Shown here in pieces: positions 9,970 to 20,359 of a stretch of 64,000 nucleotides of DNA. A program made the translations under genes and the position numbers. The notes under the pieces are model-generated. The model did not search any database. It was given only the letters and a program-made list of their open reading frames with translations, and was not told the DNA's origin. Source of the stretch: an uncultured Candidatus Berkelbacteria bacterium (GTDB lineage: Bacteria; Patescibacteriota; UBA1384; UBA12157; JAENIV01); contig OY969116.1 of assembly GCA_963698075.1 (NCBI GenBank), positions 400,097 through 464,096 on the forward strand. The letters run 5' to 3'. Each line of letters opens with the position of its first letter. Within the stretch, counting starts at the first letter, position 1.

Positions 9970-10689
9970 TCACAACATCGGGAACGCATTGTGGGCAATG
10001 CGCTTGAGCCATGGGTCCCAGGAATCAACATCAGGAGCCAACCATTTTGCCCAGCGATCAGAAGGATACGTTTCACGGAGCAATCTGATAGCTTGGGCCA
10101 AATAGGCCTCACCGCCCTCTCTCTCTGCTAATGCCGCCGCAAGAATCGGTAATCCTTCACGGATAGCCGTGAGAGGAGGATGGCCGTACTCACCTGGAAG
10201 CCACACCAGACCACTAAAGGCATCCAGCAGCTCTTCGAAGGTGCCGTCCTTGGTCTGCAAACTGGCAATCCAACGAGAGTGGAGAGACTCATCCTGCTGG
10301 TTCTTGATTATCAGCCAGCGGAGACTACGTTGTAGCTTAGGAGAAAGTAGTATCATGCCGGTATTCACTCGACACTCAAGGTTAAGCGCGGGCAACAACA
10401 ACTCCCCCTCCTGCAACTCCTGTCCCAGCTCGAAGAGATTGGTCAGATAACCCTGGTCATCACCCGAGTGTACCCTGTTCAGGAGTTCAACACACAGGTG
10501 GGCCATGGCCCGGTAGCGGCTCAGTCTATCTTCTGGGATTCCGGCGATGCAGTAAACACACCACGCCGGCGTACGAGGACATTGAACCGGAAGCTTGCCC
10601 TCGAGGAAACACCGCAACTCATCGGCCATGAGGCTTAGCCAGCCAGCTCCAGCCTCCTCGCATTCCTCTGGAAACCATCTTATCGGCAT
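9970..10689 (-). CDS. hypothetical protein, high-GC cassette gene C (about 239 aa from the ATG at 10689)
   Basis: SD GGGAGGTGG upstream of the MPIRWFPEE start. About 55% GC. Helical, W/L/E-rich, no recognised motif. Confidence 0.5.
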   Translation of the reverse strand: MPIRWFPEECEEAGAGWLSLMADELRCFLEGKLPVQCPRTPAWCVYCIAGIPEDRLSRYRAMAHLCVELLNRVHSGDDQGYLTNLFELGQELQEGELLLPALNLECRVNTGMILLSPKLQRSLRWLIIKNQQDESLHSRWIASLQTKDGTFEELLDAFSGLVWLPGEYGHPPLTAIREGLPILAAALAEREGGEAYLAQAIRLLRETYPSDRWAKWLAPDVDSWDPWLKRIAHNAFPML

Positions 10690-10745
10690 GTTGCCACCTC
10701 CCACATGTGGTCACTACAGGTTCAACCATCAATTAAGAATATCAC

Positions 10746-10780
10746 ATTATACCAAAAAATCAAGCCCCAAGGCCTGATTT
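10746..10780 (-). promoter_or_regulatory. lysS terminator hairpin (G-U wobble stem plus T-run) overlapping an extended -10 (TGGTATAAT) for gene C
   Basis: Minus strand: AATCAGGCC-TTGG-GGCTTGATT TTTTGGTATAATGTG. Confidence 0.5.
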
Positions 10781-10803
10781 ATATATTTCTCACTAAATAA
10801 TGT

Positions 10804-12366
10804 TTATTGAGAAATAGATTCCAATCTTTTTAGCACAAATTCCCTATCCAAACTCGCCAAGAGCCAGCCAGCCTGCGGGCCGGAATCTTTACCAATAAAC
10901 GATAAGTAGATTGCCGAAAACGCATCACGAGGATTAATATTCATTGTTTTTCGAATTTCGTGGATTTTTGGATGAAGTTCTTCGCCGGTCCATGACTCTT
11001 TTGATTTAATTATATCAGAAATTTTTCTTAAAAATTCTTTTTGCTTGGCAGTCAAATTTTTGGCAACAGAAGGCAATTTATCAGCAATGGTAAATTTGTA
11101 ATTTTCCGGCGCGAATCTTTTTAGCCAATTTTTTGCGACTTCAATTCTATCTGCGATTTCACTCTTTTCAATTTCCGATAATTCCGACCCCTTCTCTTTT
11201 TTAGCGTATTTCCAAATATCTATCCGAGGCATTTGGAGCATATAAGCGATTTTCGAAAAGCGTAATAAATATTGGGGCTGGTCTTTTTCGGAATTGCTAG
11301 TGGCGTAATAATATGAACGCGCTAAATCACTATTTGGATCTTTTTGATAAAGTTCGACCATGCGGTCATATTCATCATAAAGCAAAGGAATTGTCTCGCC
11401 TTCTGGCTGAAACTCGATTGCCCGTTTGGCTTTACTTCTTACAAATAAAAACCTCAAAATATTGGCGGGCAGAAAATCAGCCATATCTTTGGCCGTAACC
11501 CCAAGACCCTTAGACGAAGCCATTTTCTTTCCGCCGACTAAGAAAAATTCATAGGGAATATCATATGGCGGTTCTTTTTTGAAAACTTTGCGGTAAATAT
11601 GGTTGGCAATATCTCTTGAGCCGCCGGCAGCAGAATGATCTTTGCCTTCACCTTCAATATCTGTGCCAAAAACAAACCATTTACAGGCCCACTCAACTTT
11701 CCAAGGCAATTTGGCATTGCCGTCAAAAGGAGAGGCCGAGCCTTCATAGCCGCACCCCTTGGCCCATTTAACTAAATTTTCTTCACATTTAAATCGAACT
11801 TCCTTACCGTTCCAATCGGTTACTTTTGTTGTCCCGATTTTTCCACATTTCGGACAAATAACCTGCAAAGGAAACCAATCTTCACCCTTGTCTGACCCGG
11901 AAACCTCTTTATATATCTTTCGGATTTCATGAGCATTGTCTAAAATAATTTCAATCGTTTCATTAAATTTGCCGTTTTTATAAAGTTCTGATGTTTTGAC
12001 AATTTCCGGGTCTATGCCAAGACCATTAAAAACACCCTCAAACTCTTTCAAATACTGCTCGGCAAAACTTGAGAATTTCCCGTCGGGTGCTGGAATATTC
12101 GAAAGTGGTTTGCCCATATGTTTCTCCCAAGACTGATCAACATATACCGGCAATCCGTCCATGGGATCAAAATCGTCGAAGCCATATTGAAAAACAGCTT
12201 TCTTACTCTTATCTTCTAAGCCTCGTCGGATACAATCATGAACAATTACCCCTCTTAGAGCACCAATATGGGAATGCCCAGACGGCGTCGTCCAATCGGT
12301 AATTAAAAAGGAGTCCTTTTGGACGTTGGTAAAAACATCTTCAATTATTTCATCAACCCAAAACAT
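10804..12366 (-). CDS. lysS: lysyl-tRNA synthetase, class I type
   Basis: HIGH-like PSGHSHIGALRG near the N-terminus, KMSKS-like KMASSKG, and about 520 aa as expected for class I LysRS. Confidence 0.8.
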   Translation of the reverse strand: MFWVDEIIEDVFTNVQKDSFLITDWTTPSGHSHIGALRGVIVHDCIRRGLEDKSKKAVFQYGFDDFDPMDGLPVYVDQSWEKHMGKPLSNIPAPDGKFSSFAEQYLKEFEGVFNGLGIDPEIVKTSELYKNGKFNETIEIILDNAHEIRKIYKEVSGSDKGEDWFPLQVICPKCGKIGTTKVTDWNGKEVRFKCEENLVKWAKGCGYEGSASPFDGNAKLPWKVEWACKWFVFGTDIEGEGKDHSAAGGSRDIANHIYRKVFKKEPPYDIPYEFFLVGGKKMASSKGLGVTAKDMADFLPANILRFLFVRSKAKRAIEFQPEGETIPLLYDEYDRMVELYQKDPNSDLARSYYYATSNSEKDQPQYLLRFSKIAYMLQMPRIDIWKYAKKEKGSELSEIEKSEIADRIEVAKNWLKRFAPENYKFTIADKLPSVAKNLTAKQKEFLRKISDIIKSKESWTGEELHPKIHEIRKTMNINPRDAFSAIYLSFIGKDSGPQAGWLLASLDREFVLKRLESISQ

Positions 12367-12438
12367 TATTTTCTCCTAAATTTATCCTATCAAAAAAGAG
12401 GCCTCATATCAATTCCTGATTGTCGACCTCTTCTCTGG

Positions 12439-12912
12439 TTACTTGATGGCAACAATCTTACAATTCATTTTACCATTAGGGGTATGGATTTCAACAATTT
12501 CTCCTTTGGTTTTCCCCAAGAGGGAATAACCGATTGGTGACTCCGAAGAAATTTTCCCTGAAGCCGGATCCGATTCAGAAGATGAAACAATGGTATATTC
12601 AAGGGTCTTACCATCTAATTTGAGGATGACTGTTGAGCCCAGCTCTACTTTGTCGGTGCCCGTCGCATTGTTCTTGGCCACCACTCTTGAGCGACGAAGC
12701 ATTTCCTCCAACTCCAAAATACGTCCTTCGACAAAGGACTGTTCATTTTTTGCGTCTTCGTATTCTGAGTTTTCCGCCAGATCCCCATATTCTCGAGCAT
12801 TACGGATTCTTTCCGCAACTTGCTTGCGACGCTCTTTGAGATTTAATAACTCCTGCTGGATCTTTTGAAGACCCTGCGAGGTTAAGAGAATATCACCAGT
12901 CATTTTGAACAA
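12439..12912 (-). CDS. greA: transcription elongation factor GreA
   Basis: N-terminal coiled-coil, the YGDLAENSEYEDAK acidic tip motif, and a C-terminal FKBP-like domain. Confidence 0.9.
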   Translation of the reverse strand: MFKMTGDILLTSQGLQKIQQELLNLKERRKQVAERIRNAREYGDLAENSEYEDAKNEQSFVEGRILELEEMLRRSRVVAKNNATGTDKVELGSTVILKLDGKTLEYTIVSSSESDPASGKISSESPIGYSLLGKTKGEIVEIHTPNGKMNCKIVAIK

Positions 12913-12991
12913 TAAGTTAACAAATCCTTTATCTATTTTAATTAAGTTTTATCGAGTTGTCAAGCCCATAAGGTAGTTTTGAATCTTCCGG

Positions 12992-14893
12992 TCATTTTCT
13001 AGTAAAATACCAATTCAAAACATCATGGACAACCGGCCCTGCAGAGGCATACCCTTCTCCTCCAGCCTCAATCAACACCACAATCGCAATTTGAGGGTTA
13101 TTGTAAGGTGCAAACGCCGCTTCCCATCCATGAGTTTTCCCCTCATTACCAAATTGCGCCGTTCCCGTTTTAGCCGCCACCGCCACCGGTAAATCATTTA
13201 AAAGTTGGGCGGAGCCAGAAGTAACTGCTTGCCGCATCCCCTCTCTGACGATTTGAATATTGGCTTTATCAACAAAATTATCACGAATAATTTCTTTCTT
13301 GGGCATAAAAATTTCTTGACCATCTTTATCGGTAATTTTGGTCACCAGTTTTGGTTTAAGCAATTCGCCGCCATTGGCAATCGCTGCATAGGCATTGGCC
13401 ATCTGTAGTGGCGTTACCAAGAAATCTCCTTGACCAATGCCCAAGTGATAGGTATCCCCTAAATACCACATTTCATGCTTATTTTTTTCTTTCCAAGCTG
13501 GATCAGGAACTAAACCCGCCGCTTCTCCAGGAAGATCAATGTCCGTTTTACTGCCAAAACCGAACTTGGTTAAGTATTCATCAAGCTTACCTATGCCTAA
13601 TCCTTTGATTTTATCCCAGCCGCCGGCAACAGAATAGAAAAAAACATTACAACTTTGAGCAATGGCTTTACGAACATCTACTAAACCATGGGCTTTCCAA
13701 TCAGGGTAAATGTAATTGCCGACTTTGATTTCGCCCGGGTCATTAATGGTGGTGTTGGCCGTAATCAATCCTTCCTGTAAGCCGGCCGAGGCAATCACTG
13801 GTTTTATTGTCGAGCCGGAGGGATAAGTCCCAGCTACTGCTCGGTTAAACAAGGGTTTGTTCGCATCGGAAAGCAAGACCGTATATTCTTCCTTACTTGT
13901 TAATCGTGTAAATAAATTATTATCGTAGGTAGGGAAACTTGTTATAGCCAAAATCTCTCCGGTCTCGGGGTTTATTGCCACGGCGGCGCCGCCCGAAGAA
14001 CCCAAAGAGCGAACTTCGGCGCCCAATGATTTGGTTAAGACATCTTCCAATCCAACATCTAAACTTAAAGTTAAATTATTCCCCGGATCAGGGAGAGTTT
14101 CTTTCACTTCTCTCTGCTCACGGCCCTGGGAATCAATCTCCACCTCCAAAACCCCAGGATTGCCTCTGAGATATTTTTCGTAACTTGCCTCTAATCCCTC
14201 TTTACCAATTTCGTAAAAAGGTTTGTAAACGGGATTCTCTTTTAAATCTTCTTGGCTCATTTTGCCGACAAATCCCAAGACCTGTCCTAGTCCTTGATAT
14301 TCAGTATATTCCCTAACAGGACGTTTAATAATCACCACTCCTGGTAAATTAATGGTTTTAACTTGCAAAAGCAACGCTGTGTCTCGATCAATGTTTTCTT
14401 TAAGAATTATCGGATCATAACTTGAAACACCGCGCTCTTTGACTTTATCAACAATTTCTTGATAAGACATCTGGACAATTCCCGATAATTTCCCCAAAAA
14501 ACTCTCTCTTTCTTCGCGATTTCGGGGTAGGTCCAAAGAATAAAGGGCTAAATCATAAGAAGCTTTGTTTTTTGCAAGTACCGTACCTTTAGCATCATAA
14601 ATTAAACCTCTAGGCGCGGCCACCTCTCGGGAACGAATGCGATTCCCCTCGGCTAAAAGTCGATTGAAGGCACCCTGAGAAATCTGCAACCTTAACAATT
14701 GTCCCAAAAGTATCCCCAAGACCAGGATGCAAAAGACATAAGGTATCCAAAGATTTTTGGGCTCCTTTGGAAAAATTTCTTCACCCTCCGCGTCTTTACG
14801 AAAGGTCTCATATTCCAAAATATTATTTTTAAGCTTCCTGTGGTTTTTATCACCCGCTAAGGGAGTATCATCAAAAAGATTAAAAATTGACAT
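12992..14893 (-). CDS. mrdA: penicillin-binding protein 2 (elongasome transpeptidase)
   Basis: N-terminal TM; transpeptidase motifs STIKP, SCN and KTGTA; located downstream of mreBCD. Confidence 0.9.
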   Translation of the reverse strand: MSIFNLFDDTPLAGDKNHRKLKNNILEYETFRKDAEGEEIFPKEPKNLWIPYVFCILVLGILLGQLLRLQISQGAFNRLLAEGNRIRSREVAAPRGLIYDAKGTVLAKNKASYDLALYSLDLPRNREERESFLGKLSGIVQMSYQEIVDKVKERGVSSYDPIILKENIDRDTALLLQVKTINLPGVVIIKRPVREYTEYQGLGQVLGFVGKMSQEDLKENPVYKPFYEIGKEGLEASYEKYLRGNPGVLEVEIDSQGREQREVKETLPDPGNNLTLSLDVGLEDVLTKSLGAEVRSLGSSGGAAVAINPETGEILAITSFPTYDNNLFTRLTSKEEYTVLLSDANKPLFNRAVAGTYPSGSTIKPVIASAGLQEGLITANTTINDPGEIKVGNYIYPDWKAHGLVDVRKAIAQSCNVFFYSVAGGWDKIKGLGIGKLDEYLTKFGFGSKTDIDLPGEAAGLVPDPAWKEKNKHEMWYLGDTYHLGIGQGDFLVTPLQMANAYAAIANGGELLKPKLVTKITDKDGQEIFMPKKEIIRDNFVDKANIQIVREGMRQAVTSGSAQLLNDLPVAVAAKTGTAQFGNEGKTHGWEAAFAPYNNPQIAIVVLIEAGGEGYASAGPVVHDVLNWYFTRK

Positions 14894-14897
14894 AAAT

Positions 14898-15374
14898 TTA
14901 TCCTACTTTAATTTCCTCCTGGATTGGAATTATTTTCTCCAAAATCCAATAAATTAAAACTCCCCAGAGTCCACTGATTATCGCTTGGGGAAAGATCTGC
15001 CAAAATGGCCAATGACCCATGAATAAAAAAAGACCTAAATCAACCAATAGCAAACTAGTGACAAAAATTAAAAAAGATATCCCGAGGCTGGGCACCGGGA
15101 ATGTTTTTAAGACGTAAAAATTAATAATTAAAAGAGTGATCATGAAAAATAAGGTATAAGCTCCGAACCTCAAAGGAGATGCCAGGTCCAAAAGCAAGCC
15201 GCTAATACCGGCCAAAAGGAAACTATTGCCGCTTTGCCCCCTAAACATTAAAGAGATAGCGATAATGAGAAGGAAGTTGGGGATTGTCCCCCAGATGGAA
15301 AATTTAGTCACAATCGCCAGCTGAAAAACGACTAGAAGAAAATAGGCAAAAATTTTTAAAATAATTTTAATCAT
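14898..15374 (-). CDS. mreD: rod shape-determining protein MreD
   Basis: Polytopic 158-aa membrane protein between mreC and mrdA. Confidence 0.6.
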   Translation of the reverse strand: MIKIILKIFAYFLLVVFQLAIVTKFSIWGTIPNFLLIIAISLMFRGQSGNSFLLAGISGLLLDLASPLRFGAYTLFFMITLLIINFYVLKTFPVPSLGISFLIFVTSLLLVDLGLFLFMGHWPFWQIFPQAIISGLWGVLIYWILEKIIPIQEEIKVG

Positions 15375-16168
15375 TAACTTTGGACCACAAAAACAAATTC
15401 TAAATAATATATTTGGATTGGAGAATCAAGCGTTACTTTTTGAAATATTTCACTTTTTTTAGAAATAACATCACCCACTTTTCCCACCATGATACCAAAA
15501 GGAATGTCTCCACCAAGACCAGAGGTAATGACTTGTTCACCCTGATTAATAGTGATATTTAAAGGAATATCTTCCACGGTCAATCCCGAAAGCCCGCCTC
15601 TTAAAAGTCCTGTTCCACGCGAGCCTTGCAAGATAACCGGCACGAGAGAATTGTAATCGGTGATGAGGGTAACCTCTGAAGTGTCTTCTAACGCTTCTTT
15701 GACCGTCCCGATTAGATATCCTTGTGAGACAATTGCTTGATCGGTTTTGACCCCATCTTTTTTCCCTCGGTCAATAATAATCGTCCGCAAATATCCAGTC
15801 ACTGATCGACCAATAATATTCGCCGGCAATAGCTCGAGATCGCCACGGTTTTTGGTCGAATTATAAAAACCAATTTCTTTCTTTAAAACTTCATTCTCGT
15901 GTTGAGCTTCCTTAAGTAAGCTCAATTGGCCCTGGAGATCTAAATTCTCTTTAATTAATTGCTTGTTCTCTCGAGCTAATTCACCCAAATGAGTAAAATT
16001 CTTGAAAAAAAATGAGACGCGATCAACGGTAAAATTGCCTGCAATTGTCAGGGGTTTCACCGCCAAATAAAAAATATTTTTAACCGGTTTCAAAATCCCT
16101 GTCGGCCATAGCAAAAAACCGATAATTAGTAAAGCCGCAATTACTATTAATGCCCGATATTTTTTCAT
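15374..16168 (-). CDS. mreC: rod shape-determining protein MreC
   Basis: N-terminal TM, coiled-coil, then a beta domain (GIMVGKV...); position in the mre operon. Confidence 0.8.
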   Translation of the reverse strand: MKKYRALIVIAALLIIGFLLWPTGILKPVKNIFYLAVKPLTIAGNFTVDRVSFFFKNFTHLGELARENKQLIKENLDLQGQLSLLKEAQHENEVLKKEIGFYNSTKNRGDLELLPANIIGRSVTGYLRTIIIDRGKKDGVKTDQAIVSQGYLIGTVKEALEDTSEVTLITDYNSLVPVILQGSRGTGLLRGGLSGLTVEDIPLNITINQGEQVITSGLGGDIPFGIMVGKVGDVISKKSEIFQKVTLDSPIQIYYLEFVFVVQS

Positions 16169-16180
16169 TCACCTCCTTTT

Positions 16181-17230
16181 TTAGGGATTATACTGCGTTG
16201 GCAAAAGCACCTCTTTTAAAGTTTCTAAATCTTCCAAAACCAAGCCTGTCCCTCTAACGACTGAGGTTAATGGATCGTCTGCCACATGTACGGTCGTCAA
16301 GGTTGTTTCGTGGACCAACTTATCTAATCCCCGCAGCAAGGCACCGCCGCCACAAAGAATGATTCCTTTTTCCATAATATCAGCCACCAGTTCCGGTGGC
16401 GTCTCTTCCATTGTGACCCGAATTGCTTCAACAATCTGCTGAACACTTTTTCTTAAGGCTGAACGGATTTGTTCATCAGCAACTGTAATTTCTTTTGGCA
16501 GGCCAGTTACTAAATCCCGCCCTCTCATAGGTAAGGTAAGATTTTCTTTTAATTCTGTGGCCGAGCCAATGGCAATTTTAATTTCTTCGGCCGTCCTCTC
16601 GCCAAGCATTAGATTAAATTTATCTCGAGCGAAATCGATGATGTCTTGGTTCATTTCATCGCCGGCAATTCTTAGGGACCTTGAAGCAACAATCCCTCCC
16701 AAGGAAATCACTGCCACTTCAGTTGTACCTCCGCCGATATCAACGATCATATTACCAGCGGCTTCTTGTATTGGCAGCCTTGCTCCTATCGCCGCGGCCA
16801 CTGGTTCCTCGATTAAATAAACTTGCCGCGCCCCAGCATTGAGAGCCGCTTCTTCAACCGCCCGGCGTTCCACTTCAGTCACACCGTAAGGGATGCCGAC
16901 AACCACCCTCGGTCGCGGAAAAAGAGAAAATTTTTCCCGATGAACCTTATCGATAAAATACTTAAGCATTTGTTCAGTCACTTCAAAATCGGAAACTACC
17001 CCATCAACTAAAGGACGAATGGCAACAATGTGAGCCGGCGTCCGGCCCACCATTTTACGCGCTTCACTACCGATAGCCAGAATTTCTTTTGATTTCTGAT
17101 TGATTGCCACGACCGAGGGCTCATTAATCACAATCCCTTTATCCCTGACATAAACTAAAGTATTGGCGGTACCTAAGTCCACGCCAATATCATGAGAAAA
17201 TATTCCCCAAAATCTATCTAAAAACGCCAT
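16181..17230 (-). CDS. mreB: rod shape-determining protein MreB
   Basis: Actin-fold motifs DLGTANTLVYV and VDIGGGTTEVAVIS. Confidence 0.9.
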   Translation of the reverse strand: MAFLDRFWGIFSHDIGVDLGTANTLVYVRDKGIVINEPSVVAINQKSKEILAIGSEARKMVGRTPAHIVAIRPLVDGVVSDFEVTEQMLKYFIDKVHREKFSLFPRPRVVVGIPYGVTEVERRAVEEAALNAGARQVYLIEEPVAAAIGARLPIQEAAGNMIVDIGGGTTEVAVISLGGIVASRSLRIAGDEMNQDIIDFARDKFNLMLGERTAEEIKIAIGSATELKENLTLPMRGRDLVTGLPKEITVADEQIRSALRKSVQQIVEAIRVTMEETPPELVADIMEKGIILCGGGALLRGLDKLVHETTLTTVHVADDPLTSVVRGTGLVLEDLETLKEVLLPTQYNP

Positions 17231-17342
17231 CTTGTTCCTTGTAGTCTTAGCAGACTTCAGTGTAACAAAAAAAGACTTTTTGTCAAAGCCCCTCCTTGAA
17301 TTGAATTATGTCTTCTAATTTTCCAGCGGAATTTATTAGATA

Positions 17343-18266
17343 TTATTGATACTTTTTCAAATTTTCTTGATGCTCTTCAAGGGTGGCTGAATAAATAGTA
17401 TGGCCATCGGCGGTTTGGAAAAAGTAGAGATAACCGTTTTTTTCCGGATGTAAAACGGCTTGGATTGATTTTAATCCCGGATTACAAATTGGGCCAGGCG
17501 GTAAACCGATGTATAAATAGGTGTTGTAAGGGGAAATTACATTATGGTAATCGTCAGTAGTTATCGCCTCCCAAGATCCCTTTGCATACTGAACTGTCGG
17601 ATCGGCCTCCAATTTCATCCCTTTCTCTATCCGATTTAAATAAACTCCGGCAATTTTCGGACGATCTTCATCAAATTTAGCTTCGCGTTCAACAATTGAG
17701 GCCAGAATTAACTGATCGCGGTTCAGTCCCAATACGACAGTTTTTTTTCCAAAATTATCAAGCATGGTTTGGCGAATTTCTTTGGCCGAAGTTTGAGGCA
17801 AAAATCGATAAGTGTCGGGGAATAAATATCCTTCATCAGCCGAAGCAATTTTGAGTAAATCACCGGCGTTAATTATTCCTTTAGAAGCCAAAAAATCGTC
17901 AATCTGGGTCATCCGCCAACCCTCGGGAATAGTAACTAAATATTCCGAAGATTTTCCGGTTGCTAACATTTCGAGAATCTCTCTAATACTCTGAGAGGCC
18001 GATAATTTATAGACGCCGATCTGAATTAAAGCGTGTTTTTGTTTCGCATAAATTTCAAAAACTAAACTTGAGGAAATTAGCTTTTCATTCTTTAAATTCT
18101 GGGCAATTTCACGGGTAGTTTGACCCTGCTTTACAATAAATTCTTTTTCTTGTCCCTCTCCCTGGTGGTTGAGGGTATAAGAATAATAAGCAAGAGCACC
18201 AACAACTAATGTCAGAAAAAGGGTGACAATGATAATAATTATTTTTTTCATCGTTTTTTTTGCCAA
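17343..18266 (-). CDS. mltG: endolytic murein transglycosylase MltG (YceG family)
   Basis: N-terminal TM and the YceG-like domain (...GLPPGPICNPG...). Confidence 0.85.
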   Translation of the reverse strand: MAKKTMKKIIIIIVTLFLTLVVGALAYYSYTLNHQGEGQEKEFIVKQGQTTREIAQNLKNEKLISSSLVFEIYAKQKHALIQIGVYKLSASQSIREILEMLATGKSSEYLVTIPEGWRMTQIDDFLASKGIINAGDLLKIASADEGYLFPDTYRFLPQTSAKEIRQTMLDNFGKKTVVLGLNRDQLILASIVEREAKFDEDRPKIAGVYLNRIEKGMKLEADPTVQYAKGSWEAITTDDYHNVISPYNTYLYIGLPPGPICNPGLKSIQAVLHPEKNGYLYFFQTADGHTIYSATLEEHQENLKKYQ

Positions 18267-18269
18267 AAA

Positions 18270-18668
18270 CTATTCTTTTGACAAATACTGTTCCAAAATC
18301 ATTTTCGCTGATAGTTTATCAACCTCGTCTTTGAATTTTTTTGATTTGGGATCAATTACACTTTCCGCCAACATTCTCTCGGCCTCTTTAGAAGTCAGTG
18401 TTTCATCAACAAATTCAACCGCGATTGCCAAATTTTTAGCTATTTCTAAAGCAAACTTATGAATTTTATCAGCCTGCAAAGTATTGTGATAGCGTGGCAG
18501 GCCAACAATGATTTTTTCAATCTGTTCTTCGCGACAAATTTTGCCAATTTTTTGAATTGTCTCAGAAAGATTAACAGATTCAACAATCCCTAAACTGGCG
18601 ATTGTTCCATCGATGGCCATCGCCATACCGATTCTTCTTTGACCAACATCAAGACCTAAAATCTTCAT
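18270..18668 (-). CDS. ruvX: Holliday-junction resolvase-like RNase RuvX/YqgF
   Basis: ILGLDVGQRRIGMAMA start, 132 aa, RNase H-like. Confidence 0.85.
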   Translation of the reverse strand: MKILGLDVGQRRIGMAMAIDGTIASLGIVESVNLSETIQKIGKICREEQIEKIIVGLPRYHNTLQADKIHKFALEIAKNLAIAVEFVDETLTSKEAERMLAESVIDPKSKKFKDEVDKLSAKMILEQYLSKE

Positions 18669-20359
18669 TGGCTTGCTCCCGGTGACGTTGATGAGGGAGA
18701 GATCAATGTTTCTGTTGTCGGGGTAGGACCGGCTTGGGAGGGTTGTACTTCCGGTATATATTCCAATTCGACGCTTAAGGCGCGATTGTAGTTGGGAATT
18801 CTTTTAAGCCAGAAATTAGGAGAAAATTTTAACTCGTATCCAGCGGCGCCGGCTAAATTACCGAGATATTCTTCGGCAGCTTGGCGATTTTTACCTAACA
18901 GATCTTTTTTAACTTTTTCTGTATCAACCCGTGAGGAAATTTTTGCTGTTACATTGATTTTTAAATTTAAAATCCCTTGATCATATTGGGGCTGAATTTC
19001 CTCTGGGAAAATGGTGTCATCTCTCCCAAGAGTAACCATTTTATCATAAGGCAGTTGTTTTTCTAAAATCTCAATCACAAATTGATTGAAAGCATCGCGA
19101 TCAAAAACTAAGACTCTTAATTTTTGGCTGATTTTTAAAGTAAAGTCATTGGCCTCTGCATCGACGTTGGCGGAAGAATTAACCTCCTTCGTTTCAATAA
19201 CAATTGCTTTATCCAAAACTTCTAATCCTTGAGATTTTGAAGCCAGTTGCCCTCTGAGATCATCACTTAATTCTCCGGATAATTTATCTTTTCCCTTATC
19301 AAAATCGCTCTGCGAAATGACTGTCACTTCTTTAGAAAAACCTCCACTTAAATCTTTGCTAGATTGACCATAAATTTTTTCTTGCTGCCCAGCTGGCAAG
19401 CCAATGATTGTAAATCGGCCGGCTTTGACATTATAATCTTCACCTGGATTTTCCGCTTCAATATCTACAGTCGTTGTTCCTGGCACAATATTACCACCCC
19501 TAATTGATGTTCCCGGAATGCTCACGCTCTCTTTACCTAAAAATGTTTTTGATGAAGAGGAAAATTTTGTTCCTTTTTCCAGAGCTTGGGCTGAAGAGTC
19601 CCAATAATTATAAAGTGTTAATGTCCCGGTCGCCTTCCCTCCTAAATTTTTCTTGCCAGTAGCCGCAAATTTTTCTTCTTTTTCGTCGGAAAGCTCGATC
19701 AAATTACCCGCAAAGATTCCTTGATCTATGCTCGTTGGCTCTGAAGACGAAATCTTAACATCTTGTTTTTTTCCAAAATTTTCAGCCTTAACTTGAATTT
19801 TAACGTTAACTTTAGGCAAGGTCAGATATCCCACAATTAAAATTAACAAAAAGACCACTGCCAACATTGGCCAAATAATCTTCCAGAGCTTGGACCAATG
19901 GATATTGGTACTGATTTTTGCTTGCTGCCAAGGCTTTGTTCTCAAAGCTGGCTTTTTTTGAAAAGGAGACTTTGCGGCTTGGAAATGATGAACCTGCAGA
20001 CCTTTCAGAGTAGTTTCTGGCTCTGGTTTTTCTTGGGTCATGTCAATTTCAATGATTTCTTCGGCACCTGGCGTTGGTGCTGGTGGTTGAAATATCGGAT
20101 GACGATCGCGAATCGAATCATAAACGGTAAGTCCTATTTGCGCGGCTAAGTTCCTCCCGATTTTATCGGCAGTTACTAAGGCAATTTCCTTACCAGAATT
20201 CGCCGCCTCCCTGGCTAATAATTTTAAGTTGACAACACTTTGCAAAATCGTCGCTTCACGAGGCACGACTAAAGCCAAACGATTGGATTTCGTCTGTTTC
20301 ATTTTATCAATCACGGAGGTAATTTCTTCATCAGGTTCTAAATATAATATTTCTTCCAT
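18665..20359 (-). CDS. hypothetical bitopic membrane protein: 150-aa cytoplasmic N-domain, one TM, about 380-aa extracytoplasmic domain. Translationally coupled to ftsA upstream and ruvX downstream.
   Basis: TAATG overlap with ftsA and ATGA overlap with ruvX. TM segment IWPMLAVVFLLILIVGYLTL. No recognised catalytic motif. Confidence 0.5.
   Translation of the reverse strand: MEEILYLEPDEEITSVIDKMKQTKSNRLALVVPREATILQSVVNLKLLAREAANSGKEIALVTADKIGRNLAAQIGLTVYDSIRDRHPIFQPPAPTPGAEEIIEIDMTQEKPEPETTLKGLQVHHFQAAKSPFQKKPALRTKPWQQAKISTNIHWSKLWKIIWPMLAVVFLLILIVGYLTLPKVNVKIQVKAENFGKKQDVKISSSEPTSIDQGIFAGNLIELSDEKEEKFAATGKKNLGGKATGTLTLYNYWDSSAQALEKGTKFSSSSKTFLGKESVSIPGTSIRGGNIVPGTTTVDIEAENPGEDYNVKAGRFTIIGLPAGQQEKIYGQSSKDLSGGFSKEVTVISQSDFDKGKDKLSGELSDDLRGQLASKSQGLEVLDKAIVIETKEVNSSANVDAEANDFTLKISQKLRVLVFDRDAFNQFVIEILEKQLPYDKMVTLGRDDTIFPEEIQPQYDQGILNLKINVTAKISSRVDTEKVKKDLLGKNRQAAEEYLGNLAGAAGYELKFSPNFWLKRIPNYNRALSVELEYIPEVQPSQAGPTPTTETLISPSSTSPGASQ

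Noticed and set aside
8654-10012. ORF-track N-terminal extension of SerRS (MAQAHCPQ...) reaching 10012
   Set aside because: It reads through the 14-bp palindromic terminator of gene C and an intergenic region. The canonical SerRS start MLDIKYVREN at 9886 is used instead.
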